A stretch of 56,823 bases of DNA, counting the filler, from Sphacelaria rigidula (lineage: Eukaryota): assembly GCA_964200075.2 (NCBI GenBank). It is 6 parts of 6 records of this genome, joined end to end, with 100 filler letters (N's around TTAATTAATTAA, not from the genome) between each part and the next. Parts side by side here need not be neighbours in the genome. Positions count along the whole stretch, not along the records: positions 1 to 9,389 come from CAXNAA020008609.1; positions 9,490 to 18,877 come from CAXNAA020008610.1; 4 more parts are not named here. One strand, given 5' to 3'. The position numbers were made by a program, and so were the translations under genes. Below, in pieces: positions 1 to 11,351 of this stretch. The notes under the pieces were generated by a model. The model was not told the DNA's origin. It was given only the letters and a program-made list of their open reading frames with translations, and did not search any database. Every line of letters begins with the position of its first letter. The stretch's first letter is position 1.

Positions 1-459
1 ATACTCCCTTGCGCGTTCTGTGCAGTTCTCAGCGACGGAGATCAGCTGCCTATACACAGCTTGTTCATCCCCGTACACTACATACATGTTCACAGTGTTC
101 TGCAAGTCATCGGCAGAGGGATAAGCAGAATTTATGGCGGTAGCTCCTTATGTATTTCAACCGCCTACCTGAGTTTAGTGCCTCGTGAAAGTGACCACAT
201 TGTGGCATGTGCACTCCTTCCCGCTTTTTCCTACTCCACCCTGTGTTGGTGTAACTGCCACGTTTTAGTGAAGGCTGGCGACCCCCAAAAACTCCTGGGA
301 AATCCCAGGAACGCTATACTGAATGCAAGTAATCCGATAAGCCATGCTCCGAGCATCCTGGCTTTACTACCCTGAGAAGAATTCCTACGTCAGACGAGCA
401 CGAGTGTGACTCGTGGCACTCGCATTCGTTGGGCTGCTCGTTGGCAGTGAAAGTTAATG

Positions 460-745
460 GGGCGAGCACTCGAGTCATTGCTCGTTGTGGAAAAAAATAA
501 TGGGGCGAGCACTCGAGTCATTGCTCGTTGTGGGAAAAATGAATAGGGCAAGCAATCGAGTCATCGTTCGTTGTGGAAAAAAATAATAGGGCGAGCACTC
601 GAGTCATCGCTTGTTGTGGAAAATAATGATAGGGCGAGCACTCGAGTCATTGCTCGTTGTGGAAAAAATTGATAGGGCGAGCACTCGAGTCATTGCTCGT
701 TGTGGAAAAGAATAATAGGGCGAGCACTCGAGTCATTGCTCGTTT
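460..745 (+). repeat. Tandem repeat, 7 copies of a ~43-bp unit (gggcgagcactcgagtcattgctcgttgtgg plus an A-rich linker), probably the interior of a MITE spanning ~388-800
   Basis: Units start at ~460, 503, 546, 588, 632, 675 and 718. Each contains the inverted pair cgagca/tgctcg. The flanks gtcagacgag (~389) and ctcgtccgac (~789) are roughly inverted. Confidence 0.9.
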
Positions 746-1805
746 TGTAAAAACACCCACGAGTGCACTCGTCTAAACCAGTATTGACTCGTCCGACCTG
801 TGCAAACTACCACCGCTATAGGCTTATCCTAAGTCCCTTCCGTTATTACCGATCTGCACAAGCTTTCCTGTGTTTTGTGGTTGTTTTTTGTAGCTTCTGC
901 CAAAGGTTGCCGCGGGGGATGTCTTGGTTGAGGATCATCTCCAACCACGATCATCATAAACCGAAGCCCACCCACAGCAGCATGAGGGTGTTTCCAACAC
1001 GTAGTATCTAGAACATGTTTGAGGGGTAACGTGTATTGGTTGTATACGTGACTTGAAAGGGGGAGAAAAATCGACGTGGGGACAGGAGGAATAAAACGTG
1101 AACTGAAAAAAAACAGCGTGGGGGCGGGGAATGGGGCATGGGGGATGGGGTGGGGAGGGGGGGGGGTACGTAGTTTTGCGGGAATTGTTTCTTCGTGTAC
1201 CCCTTGCAAGACCGCGATAGATCAGAAATGGATACCACACGCCAATAGGATCGAATGTTCGGGAACGAAGCAGCTCACTCACTTGAGTCCAAAAAATGCC
1301 GATGGGCCTACTTTGCGCGTGAAGTATTGAGTGTCGTACATGACTTTTGCTACCGCAGTGAAGAGTCCGAACGCTTCATGATCAAGGGTTTCGAACCTTT
1401 ACGCCTTCCACCACCCACGTGGGTCACCATCTAGCTCTATCTCCCGAACCGAGATCTTGATTTCTTGACTAATTATAGGGATTCGCTCTGGAGATCGTCC
1501 TCATTCATCACGTCGTAATCGACTGGTGTCTCTTGGGAGAATACTTTGCTAAGACAGTCAAGTAGCGACTAAAAAGAAAGCTCTAAGCCGTGGGATGAAT
1601 CCAATGTTCAGTTTATTTTGTAATCGTTTTGTGAATCAGCACAAACCTAGAACTCCAGCTTTCCAGAAATGCTCCTCATGTACGTGGCCTTAGTACACGC
1701 TTTCTCTGGTAGCTTGCCAGTGAAGCCTCTTGCATCCCTGAGTACGATATCGACGTGTAGCTGTAAGCGCACCACATCGTCAAGGGCAGCACACACACAC
1801 AACTG

Positions 1806-2240
1806 TGTTATGCATGTGTTGCTGTACACCCACAAGTGGCTGCAGTAGGCTGACGCTCGAAGATGTTAAGCTGCCGAGCGAGCTGTAGCTCAACTGTGCG
1901 CGCTTATGGCCAACACAGACTTGTAGAGTACAATGGACTGTCGAAGTCCTGTTGAGAAGTTGTAGAAGTGAAGAGTGAAAGAGTAGGGCTCGTGAGTTCT
2001 CTCGTACTCCTCTTCTCAAGAGCTCGAATCTTAACCCTATCAAAGATTCTCGATCGAACTGGACCGTTACTCAGATCGATCTACAGCGTACAAGTTCTAG
2101 ACGTACTGCACTAGAAAGTTCCTATATTCGACGTTTCAATCGACAGCGGTTGCTCCGCATAAACACCAAACGACGCATGCTACCTGCACTTTGTCACTGA
2201 GCATTGTCTGGATAGTCTATGCCAAATTCTATCCCTAACA
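1806..2240 (-). repeat. Probable 3' LTR of copia element A (left boundary uncertain)
   Basis: On the minus strand a polypurine tract GGGGGAG (2247-2241) is followed directly by TGTT at 2240. It shares a gcgctta..ggccaa..cacag motif with the LTR at 6517-6961. Candidate far ends are tgtt at 1605, 1806 or 1864. Confidence 0.6.
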
Positions 2241-2889
2241 CTCCCCCGCAATGGAAGTTGCCTGCGCAAATAAAACTCCGTATCACCTGGTTGTCGACTA
2301 CAACTAATCAACCCCGATGACTACCTCACTTACTCCCCCCACCAAAGGCCAACTTAATATGGTGCTCTTTACTATAGAGCTCACGTCGGCACGATACCTG
2401 ATGGGAAATTAATGTCAATGTACCAAGCAAGTTTTCAATCGGTTTGAGAATTTCCCCCTGTTTGCCATGAGCCAAACCAATTCCATTTCTACTATAACAG
2501 CAATGAATGCTGGTTGTTGAAAAATTTGTATACTGTCTGTGCATGAGTTGCAATTGCCGTATGAAGAATACAAACTACAGGCGGATGTCGTCGTATCTTC
2601 AAAACGACTATTTGTACTCTCTCTGCAATACCGGTACTGCAAGAAAATCTCACGGGATTACTGAAAACCAAAACAAGACAACAATCATGGAATCTGGCAG
2701 CACTTGCAATGCCTTTCATAAAACAAACTCGATAACGATTCATGGAACAGCGTTTACATATTCCAGCGCAGACTGCTGCGCTCGTAGAACTTCTGACTAC
2801 CGTCAATCGTTGACACAGATGCTGAGCCCCCCCCCTTCATTTTCTGCCATGATGATGTGATTGACGTCGAAGATTCTTGGCGAAGATTC

Positions 2890-3315
2890 TTATCGCTGTT
2901 CAGGCTTTGAAGTTCTTGATTTTGTTGATGAGGTACCGGTGACGCTTCTTGTTGGGATGTTTTGTTCCGATATCAGCGAGTTGATCCTCCGTGGATACGC
3001 AATGGATCTTGATCTTGCCCTCCTTATTATTTCGTGGATGTAGAAGAAACGTAAGGCTACGTGCTTCGTGCGAACGCTGAAAGTCCGATTGCCGATCACA
3101 TGGAACGTGGCCGTGTTGTCGATGTTTAGTGGCACGCTGTCAAACTCCGCCTCGAAGCTCAACTCCGTCATTATATTCGAGCAGAACACCGCCTCTTTCA
3201 TCGCTAGTGCCGCAGCCACCATATCGGCTTCCATCGTCGACATGGCCGTGAGACTCTGCAGCCCTGACTTGAAGGTCACCGGGGCCTTTGCCATCGTCAT
3301 GAAGTGCGATGACAT
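2890..3315 (-). pseudogene. Copia A RNase H domain remnant
   Basis: QSLTAMSTMEADMVAA...LNIDNTA...RTKHVALRFFYIHE, frameshifted near the end. Confidence 0.85.
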
Positions 3316-5108
3316 CAAACGCAGTCCCTGCGTGGCACCTGACTCCAACCCTGGGCTACCAGGCGCCCCTTGTGAGTTTCGTCAGCCTTGATTATATACA
3401 TCCACCTTGACCCGGTCGCCTTCATTCCCGGAAGAATCGTGAAAGGAGGTACCAGGGAGTAGACCCCGAGTTCCTGCAGACTCTTCGTCTCCTTGTCGGA
3501 CGCAGTTTTCCAGCGTTGTGCTTCCGGTAGCTCCATAGCCTCCTTCAAGGTGTCCGGAATTGTGGTCACCCTCTCCCCCTCCGAACGACATTGTAGTTGA
3601 GTTTTGGCGGCAGCGAGGGCGTACTCTGCAAAATTTAGCGCGTCCTCGTGGTGGGAAACGTCCGCCACCACCTCCTTGGTGTAGTATGCGAGCGCATTGA
3701 GTTCGCGCAAAGTTGCCGCACTGACCCCGTCGTCGGGCGTGTTGGGATTAGCGAGAGGTTGACCGCTGTATCGTGTCGCCAGGCGTCCTGGCGCACTCGA
3801 TGTTCGGGCGGAAGGGATGCTCCGCGTCTTGGCACGAGAGGCACCTACCGCAGAAGACGAAGATGCCTCTTCTGAGGCATTTGAAGATACTCCTCCTGAT
3901 TCTACACTCGACATAGCTTCCACCGGCGAACTCTTCCCAGGCGATGCAGGCCCTGACCCGGCGCGTAAGCGCAGATCATGGGCCGTATTTTCGCGGATTT
4001 TCTCCACAATGATCCGAAGTTCGTCGTTATCCAATCTCGATAGATCGATTCCCGCCATGTGGTTAAGCGAAGAATTGAGGTCAAGACGTGAAGTGTAGTT
4101 TCTCACGTATCTCACAAGTTGGTCATGGTCCTGGTACGTGAAATCAGTGTCGTTGAAATCGCCCGTCAATTCCGGAGCCCGCAGGGTAGATGGTGGCTCG
4201 ATAAAATGACGTTCCTGCCCTCCCTCACCTTCTTCCTTGCTGGATTGTAGATCCGAAACGACTTGCTGCCCATGATGTACCCACAGAGCTGTCCTTCCCA
4301 AGCGTGGGGGTCGAGCTTCTTGGCGTGCGTTTCAACGTCAACAAACGCCCTGGCTCCGATGAACCGAAGATGTCCGAGGTTTGCCTCCTTGCCGCCGTAA
4401 AAGCTTTTGTAGGGCGTGACATTTCCCAATGCTGCATGCGGCACCCGGTTCGTTAGGTATGCCGTGGTTTGCATGAGTTCTTCCCCCAGAAAATTCGGCA
4501 GGCCGGACTCCGTAAGAAGGCATCGCACCATCCCGGTGAAAGTCCTCCCGTCACGCTCGCAGGCACCAATCTGCTGTAGTGTTTTCGTTGAGGCAAACTC
4601 GTGTCGAATGCCAGTCTGAAGACGGTAGTCCTTGAACGCATCACCGGTGTACTCTCCGCTTCTATCCGTGCGAAGGTGCTCGACGCGCAACTCACTGGGA
4701 ACTACGAGCGCTTGCACGAACATTTTGAGTGAGTCGATGGAGTCGCTCTTGTCGTTGATGAGGAATATCTCCTTCCACTTGGTCCCTGGTCGGTGAACTT
4801 GCTGAGGTAGTTGCAGTCCTCCAACGCGGAAGGAGTGATGGGCTCCATAAGGTCGGTGTACACTGGTTGTAGGTGGCTTCCTTAGGGTGAGATTGTTGTG
4901 CGCTTTTCCCAATGGCACATACATCGCAAGCTGACACGCCCCCGTCGTAGTTGATGCCGTTGCCGTCCACCTTCTTCAAGACATCCAGACTCCTGCGGTT
5001 GACGTGTCCCAAACGCCGGTGCCACAGGTTCGCCGACTCTGCTCGCATGGCCGTTCCCGTTGTTCCACCCTTCGGATCTAACGAAAAGGGGTACAACAAT
5101 TCGTTCAA
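3316..5108 (-). pseudogene. Copia A pre-integrase, integrase and N-terminal RT fragment
   Basis: LWHRRLGHVN...CDVCAIGK (Zn-binding part), rve core TDRSGEY, PDTLKEAM...W...E..SL and KGRLVAQG motifs, spread over several frames. Confidence 0.85.
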
Positions 5109-5216
5109 GCCATTTTAACGGCAGAGTATGATTCCCACCTACAGGTGCGATTGAACAGAGTCGAAAATGGTAACAGCCCCCATGTTTGATACCGCAGCTA
5201 CTGAATAGAAGTGCCG

Positions 5217-6516
5217 TCACAGACCAGGCACGATGATGACCGAGCGTGAGACCGGGTACTTCCCCCCGTCTCGGTCGGTGACAGTACCAGAAATGGTGCC
5301 CGTCGCGACGCCTTCCACAATGTGTTTACCAGCGGTAACAATCCTGTGAGACTGCTTCAGTTTCGCTAGGTTTATCATCCGGCGTTGAATTCCGGGAGCG
5401 AGATCGCTGTCCAGGTAGTGTCCAGATGCACCCCTATCCACCAGCATGATCAGGGATGTGCTGTTGATGCCGTCCCCATTGTGCCCCACCGAGCCCAAAG
5501 CCGTTGGCGCAGCTGCGTATGACTCCCCATCCGAAACTTCGCCGAACGCCCCGAATAATCCTCGAATATCTGCAGTCTGTCGTTCCAGTGTTTTCTCCGG
5601 CATTGGTCCGAGAACGAAGACTGAATTGTCGGACTCTTCCAGCTTCTTGGACTCCTCCGCCACGTTCGTGAGCGTAGTCCCAACAGATGTGAAGGAAAAC
5701 CCCAACCTTGGCTATTGGGGTTCTGTTGTCCGGGCAATTCGCGCGCTGCCGATGTTGGCGAAGTTGATGCTGCTAGCTTGTTCCTTCTTTGCAGCCTTCT
5801 GCTTGAAGCACTGCTCGTCGCTGTGACTTTTTGTCTTGTGTAGAGAACACCATTTGGAATTTCCGTCTCCTTCTTTCTTCTAGTGCTTCTTCTTTTGCCT
5901 CTGCTGTTGTTGGTGCTCCTGCGAACTCTGCCGCAGAGGTTCAGGGCATGTGTTGCGACGCGGTGCCCGTATATGTCGCAGTTAAAGCACTGGATGCTGC
6001 TGAGGTCGCCGTGCGCCGCCTGCATGGCCACGCCGCGGCCCACAACAGATTTGGTGGATACGCGAGAACGGTTGTCGATGAACATGTTCCACATGGTGGA
6101 CTTTATCTTCTCCAACCCGTAGTTGCGGTCGCGGAAGCTGGTCTGTCGTACAAAGTCGTAGTCGTTCGTGATGGAGTGCAGAATAACGTCCTGGTAACGC
6201 TCGTCAGAGACCACCTCTCCCATGTCATACAGCCGGGCTCGAAGGTCGTCCATTTTGTAATAGAGGTCCTCCGGATCCTGTCCATGCTGCATCTTTGTAT
6301 TGCACAGCTCGTCGTAGCATACTCGTCGCGTCTCTTTCGTATAGCTGTCATATTTGCCCGCGAGGGCTTTCCAGGCAGCAATCCTATCGCCGAGTCCCTC
6401 TCCCTGCCTCCGGCTCTCGTACTGTCGCACGAGGATGTTCGCTGACCCGGTGGTGGCGAGGTACAAAATGGAAAAGTGGTCTTGATTACCGCGCTGCCGT
6501 TTTTCAATGGCTCCCG
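5217..6516 (-). pseudogene. Copia A gag (N-terminally interrupted) and aspartic protease
   Basis: AAWKALAGKYD...GQDPEDLYYKMDDLRARL gag-like segment, zinc knuckle at ~5990-5960, protease DSGA-like motif (DRGASGHY) at ~5440-5415. Confidence 0.85.
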
Positions 6517-6961
6517 TGTTATGGATATTGGATATACCCCAGGCACTGTGGGCAGTGGCTGTGTCTCTCGATGTCAGTCGAGACGTGATGTCACTTGCAG
6601 CGGGTAACACAATAGAAGTAGGAAGATACTTCCGTGCTGTAGAGACAATGATGTGACGATGACATGTGGCGCTTAGGTGGCCAATACACACACAGATGAA
6701 ATGCACAGAGTACGGTGAAGTCTAGACAACGGTAGCTATCCAGAGATAACAGGACAGCATATATACCAGAGCATCCAGAAAGATCCAGACAAGAGGAATG
6801 ACCTCCACGGCAGAACACACAGCGAAGTAGTTCCTCCGCATACCATACGTTACACATGAACCGATACATATTAGACCGACAAGGCCTGCTATGATACAAC
6901 AGCGGTGCTACGGAACTGAACATTGACTTGTACATGGACATGAGCCAACATTTCCATAACA
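6517..6961 (-). repeat. 3' LTR of copia element B (445 bp)
   Basis: Perfect 9-bp terminal inverted repeats TGTTATGGA...TCCATAACA. A polypurine tract (minus strand GAAGGGGAG, 6970-6962) abuts it. Confidence 0.9.
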
Positions 6962-7238
6962 CTCCCCTTCAATGAAAGTGCAGTGAAATCAAGAAACAAA
7001 CAAATACGCGATGAGAATCAAACAAATAATTCACTCTGTTCCACTAGTTTCCTTCTACGTGTTAACATACCTGCGTTAATATGTTTTCTGCAAATAATGT
7101 ATCACGAACCAGAATACTCTTAAATTCAAAGCTGCAGTGCTCCAGCGATCAGGGATGATGCGAGCCGTAAAAGACTACTCAAACGTAAACACGAAAATAC
7201 CACATACTCATGATGAAACCGTCAGAGGTTAAATCTGT

Positions 7239-9213
7239 TTATGATGATGTCGAAGACGTTAGAAAGTCTCGGAACTTGTGAAGAAGATGCTGAAGACGAT
7301 GCTTTATCAGATGCTTCGTCCCGATGTCAGCTAGGTTGTCCTCGGTGGATACGTAGTGAATCGTCATCTTTCCCTCGCCAACTAGTTCACGGATGTAGAA
7401 GAACCTCAACGCGATGTGTTCGTGCGAGAGCTGTACGCGCGGTTCCCGATCACATGTAGCGTCGCCGCGTTGTCGATGTACAGCGGCACCTTCTCGACGT
7501 CCTTTCCGAAACCAAGCTCGATCAGCATGTTGGAGCAGAAAATCGCTTCCTTCATGGTCAGAGCTGGAGCCACCAGCTCCGCCTCCGTCGTGGGCATAGC
7601 CATAAGACTTTGAACACCCGACCTGAAGCTCACGGGAGCCTTGCAGAACATCATGATGTAACACGACGTCGACTTGCCGTTGTCGGGGTTGTTCCCCCAG
7701 TTGGAATCAGAGAATGCTGTCAGCTTGAATCCTCCCTTCTTGTAATCTAAGGAAAAATCCGCTGTTCCAGCCAGATACCTGAGCAAGTGCTTGGCCGCAC
7801 CCATGTGCACTTTCGACGGCTTAGACATCGCACGAGCGAGTTGACAAGTGCTGTACATGACATCGTAGCGCCTTATCTGTGCTAGGTACATTACGGAACC
7901 TGTTATTGCCTGGTACCTCTGCTTCTCTTCCTCGTCGAGAAGAGTCTCCTCCGGTTGGTTGGTAGACAGTTCCTTTCCGAAACTGGGGGTGCTCACAGGA
8001 TTGCAGTCCGCCATGCCAAACTTCTCCAGGACGGACCTGGTGTAGTTCTCCTGGCTGATCGTGATCGTCTTCTGCTGGCGGTCACGCGTAACCTGCATCC
8101 CAAGCACGAGCGAGACGTCTCCCATGTCCGTCATCTCGAACCTGTCCATCAACTTCCGTTTGATGCTCTCGATAACCTGGATGTCAGCTCCAACGAGAAG
8201 AGGTCATCCACCTAGAGAGTCAGGATGATGACGACGCCGTTCTTCCTGTATATGTAAACACAGGTGTCAGACTTGAGCGGAACGAACCCGAGCGCGATGA
8301 GTTCCGGGTCGATGGTTTTGAACCAGTTTCCGGGGCTTTGAGCGAGTCCGTAAAGACTCTTGTGCAGTTTCATGACGAGAGGAACTCCATCCTTGTCCAT
8401 CTTCTCGAAGCCAGGTGCTGCTTCTACATGCACCCGCTGGTCGATAAGCGCGTACAAGAAAGCAGTGTTGACGTCCATTTGCACCACCTCCCAGTCCATC
8501 TCCGCGGCTATAGCCAACACCATTCGCACGCTCTGTAGACGGCAAACGGGGGCGTACGTGTTGCCGCAGTCCTTGCCCGGGACTTGGCCCCAGCCAGAGA
8601 CCACCAAGCGCGCTTTGTAGCTGTTGTCGGCTTTGATCTTCAAAACCCATTGGGTTTTGTAGATCCTGTCGCCAGCAGGGACGGTCTTGCGCGGGACCAG
8701 CGTGAAGACCTTCAGTTCTTCTAGCCTGTCCATTTCTTTTCGCGTAGCCGTGCGCCACAGGTTCGCGTCGGCTAGCCCCATGGCCTCTTTGAACGTCCTC
8801 GGAACCTTCTGTTGGACGTTTTGCGCTACGTTTTGCGCTGCGTAGGCGTAATGGACGAAGTACACGAACTCGTCCTTGTGGGCGATATCTTGTCTCTCCC
8901 CCTTCGTGTGGAGTCCAAGCCTTTTCAGTTCTCGAAGGGTCCTGGCGTTGGGCCCTTGTGTCACCGATCTGGTAGCAGGACGCTGCGATTTAGAATCACC
9001 ACGCCAACCACGAGATGCTGTGCCACCGTCGTCGTGCGATGTCGAACCAGACCCCGAACCACCGGAGTTATAACTTGACTCAGAACCACCACCGGTACCT
9101 GCAGGGCTCCCCCCCTCAGATGGAGCGAGTCTTTCTCCCCCAGGGTCGTCTCCCCCAGGGGGATCACCCGATGTATTGTCGGTTGGTGCGGTCTCAGAAG
9201 ACGCTGAAGTCAT
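7239..9213 (-). pseudogene. Copia B reverse transcriptase/RNase H, inactivated
   Basis: The catalytic YVDD reads TAG-VDD at ~8214-8203 and is followed by a 1-nt frameshift. There is a second frameshift near 7420. Confidence 0.9.
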
Positions 9214-9389
9214 CCTACGATAGGGGGGGGGGTATTTTGAGCCATTCCTCGCACGAAAGTCCAGGTCAAATCGTCGTTGAAAGCAGCAAAGGTTGCTCGA
9301 ATAAGCTTGTTATAGATACGTGACGCTCATTCATGTCGATTGACATCGTTTCGAACCAAATACAAGCGCACCGCGAGTGTGGCAGGTCG

Positions 9390-9489
9390 NNNNNNNNNNN
9401 NNNNNNNNNNNNNNNNNNNNNNNNNNNNNNNNNTTAATTAATTAANNNNNNNNNNNNNNNNNNNNNNNNNNNNNNNNNNNNNNNNNNNN
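9390..9489. other. Artificial contig linker (N44-TTAATTAATTAA-N44)
   Basis: Exactly 100 bp, with a six-frame stop linker in the middle. Confidence 0.98.
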
Positions 9490-10509
9490 ATAGACACACT
9501 GCACTGTCTGCACTGCTTGCAAGCAGTGTCTTGGGTGCGTGTGTGCGTGTTTCGTTCAGGAGGATATAAAAGAGAAGCGGGCAATGTGCAGTGCAGGCAG
9601 CCCAGGACTATCAGTTTTCTCTGCTTACAATACGACGTGAAGAGGACTTCAGCACCGTGCAGCTTGGTACCGCCTGCACTGTCCATGAGCGTGCATGCAA
9701 CTCGGTTGCCCACCGCACCACGCAGTTCCGTCGCTGATCCCCACCATAAGAGAAGATGCGAAAGTTTTCGCTAACAAGAATAAACAAGGCATACCCAACT
9801 ACTGCAGTGTATCTTTCCCTGGGCTCAACTCGTGCTCTATGCTGCAGGGTTGCGGTGGTAGCTAAGAATGAGTTGGATGAGGTTTGCATGTCCCATGAAC
9901 AGGTGTTATCTGGCGTGGTGGTCTTTAAGATAGGAGTCAAGTGCCGCTGCGTGCCTTTCGACCGCATGTTTTCGATTGAAAACGATTGTTTTTCACCTCG
10001 GTGCATTCTTCTCCGCGCGCCGCTAATTATACTATTGAGTTGAAGCTTTCTGGTAACATGAATGCGGTGGACCTATCAGATCGGCGAAAAAAAATCGATC
10101 GCACTTTTTCGATCGAAAAAAAAAGTGCTGAGACACGCCCTGAGTCCAATAACGTTTTCGTGAGGTTGAGAGTAGAGCGCAGATTGAGAGTGGCTTCGAT
10201 CATTAGCTTTAACTTACCCAATTTTCCGTTCCGTATGTGCTTTTCTTTGCCTCCATCACTGGCGTGTGCTCACAGCTACACATCGATATTCCTCTCAGGG
10301 ACATCAAGGGCCTCAGTGGCAAGCTACTACAGAAAATATATCGGACCTCATGGAGGGGCATTTCGGAACTGAAACGATTCAATCACTGATTGACCGCTTT
10401 TCGCTCTCAATGGTATCCTCTACTCTCAGTGTCACGAAATCGTTCTTGTTCGTGCTTTCAAGGGATCAACCTATCTCTCACCCGGTACACGCCTTGTATT
10501 TCGGTATCG

Positions 10510-10704
10510 CGGATTGTGTCAGCACTCCCGCACCGCGTCAACTCACGTCAAACAATCCCAGTTGACTACTTTGTGAACTCACGTTCTCACGCTTTCCGCG
10601 GTGAAAATCATGCATTACGAAGAAAAACCCAACGCATCGGGAATCGAACCCTCGTTCTCTCCACCCTAATGGCGACAATCGGACCATAACACCACCGGGG
10701 CGCG
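10510..10704 (-). mobile_element. tRNA-derived SINE
   Basis: Minus strand has an A-box-like TGGTGTTATGG and a B box GGTTCGATTCC (10650-10640), with no complete cloverleaf. A related copy lies at 22581-22660. Confidence 0.7.
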
Positions 10705-11051
10705 GTGACACCGTTAATAGCGTAATAATGGAGACGTGTGAGCTCACTTCTACAACTATGCAATGAGCTACTAGAATATAGTAGTGCTAGACAACATGTT
10801 AGATCTGTCACGAGAAAATGGCACCGTAGTCTTTCTATCTTCAGCGGAGCAACCTGATAACACCGCAGTTGCTGGGGGAAGGCTGTGATCACAACCTCTC
10901 CATTACGACACGCGTACTTTCAAGCTCAAGTATGTCGATCTTGAACATCGTCGTTGTCCATCCCTGTCCGGTTGATCGTCATGATCCTTTCCGGTAAAGG
11001 TAAAACGAGGGGCCTCCGTCCCCCCGTCCGTCACTGTTTTTCGGTAATTAA

Positions 11052-11351
11052 CTGGCGTTGGGCTACCATATGTCCATGGTTGATGTTACTTGACTATAGT
11101 CTGAGTAACGAGAATCGGATCTTCAGTGGAGCTGACAGTCCCGTGTGCTCCTAGCATGCGCAGAACGCGTTTCCGTTCGAATCGGCGCCACAGGCGCCGA
11201 TTTGGGGTCTACCAGGGTCGCACTTTGCCTAGGGAACCCCATGTACTCCCCTTGCCCGAGGTTTCTCGGTATGCCTTGAGTTGGGGTTAGGGGAGGGGTA
11301 GCGGTAGTTGTAAAATGTGTCAACCATGGACAAGTCGTAGCCCAACGCCGG
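11052..11351. mobile_element. MITE (~300 bp) with ~32-bp terminal inverted repeats
   Basis: ctggcgttgggctac...tgtccatggttga / tcaaccatggaca...gtagcccaacgccgg. The interior matches 55684-55976 in reverse orientation. Confidence 0.85.

Larger units (their letters stand above)
2241..6516 (-). mobile_element. Ty1/copia LTR retrotransposon A, internal region (gag-PR-IN-RT-RH), frameshifted and internally deleted
   Basis: Copia domain order is seen in the ORF fragments: gag with a CFNCDIYGH knuckle, protease LVDRGASGH, pre-integrase LWHRRLGH, integrase LRTDRSGEY/GACER, RT start KGRLVAQGWSQ, RNase H KAPVTFKS...IDN...RTKHVALRFFYI. Confidence 0.95.
6517..9389 (-). mobile_element. Ty1/copia LTR retrotransposon B, 3' half (runs off the contig end)
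   Basis: RT motifs YKARLVVSG, QMDVNTAFL and LHKSLYGLAQS; RNase H motifs FSDSNWG and HIALRFFYIRE...NLADIGTK; PPT and LTR downstream. Confidence 0.95.

Noticed and set aside
460-745. CRISPR-like array of palindromic repeats
   Set aside because: The linkers are ~12-nt A-rich variants of one sequence rather than unique spacers. There are no cas genes and the context is eukaryotic.
5450-6706. 418-aa gag ORF as a full-length protein
   Set aside because: Its first ~63 codons lie in the LTR of the inserted element B, and its C-terminal part is out of frame.
9434-9445. Recurrent TTAATTAATTAA motif with ~9.5-kb periodicity
   Set aside because: Assembly linker inside N runs.
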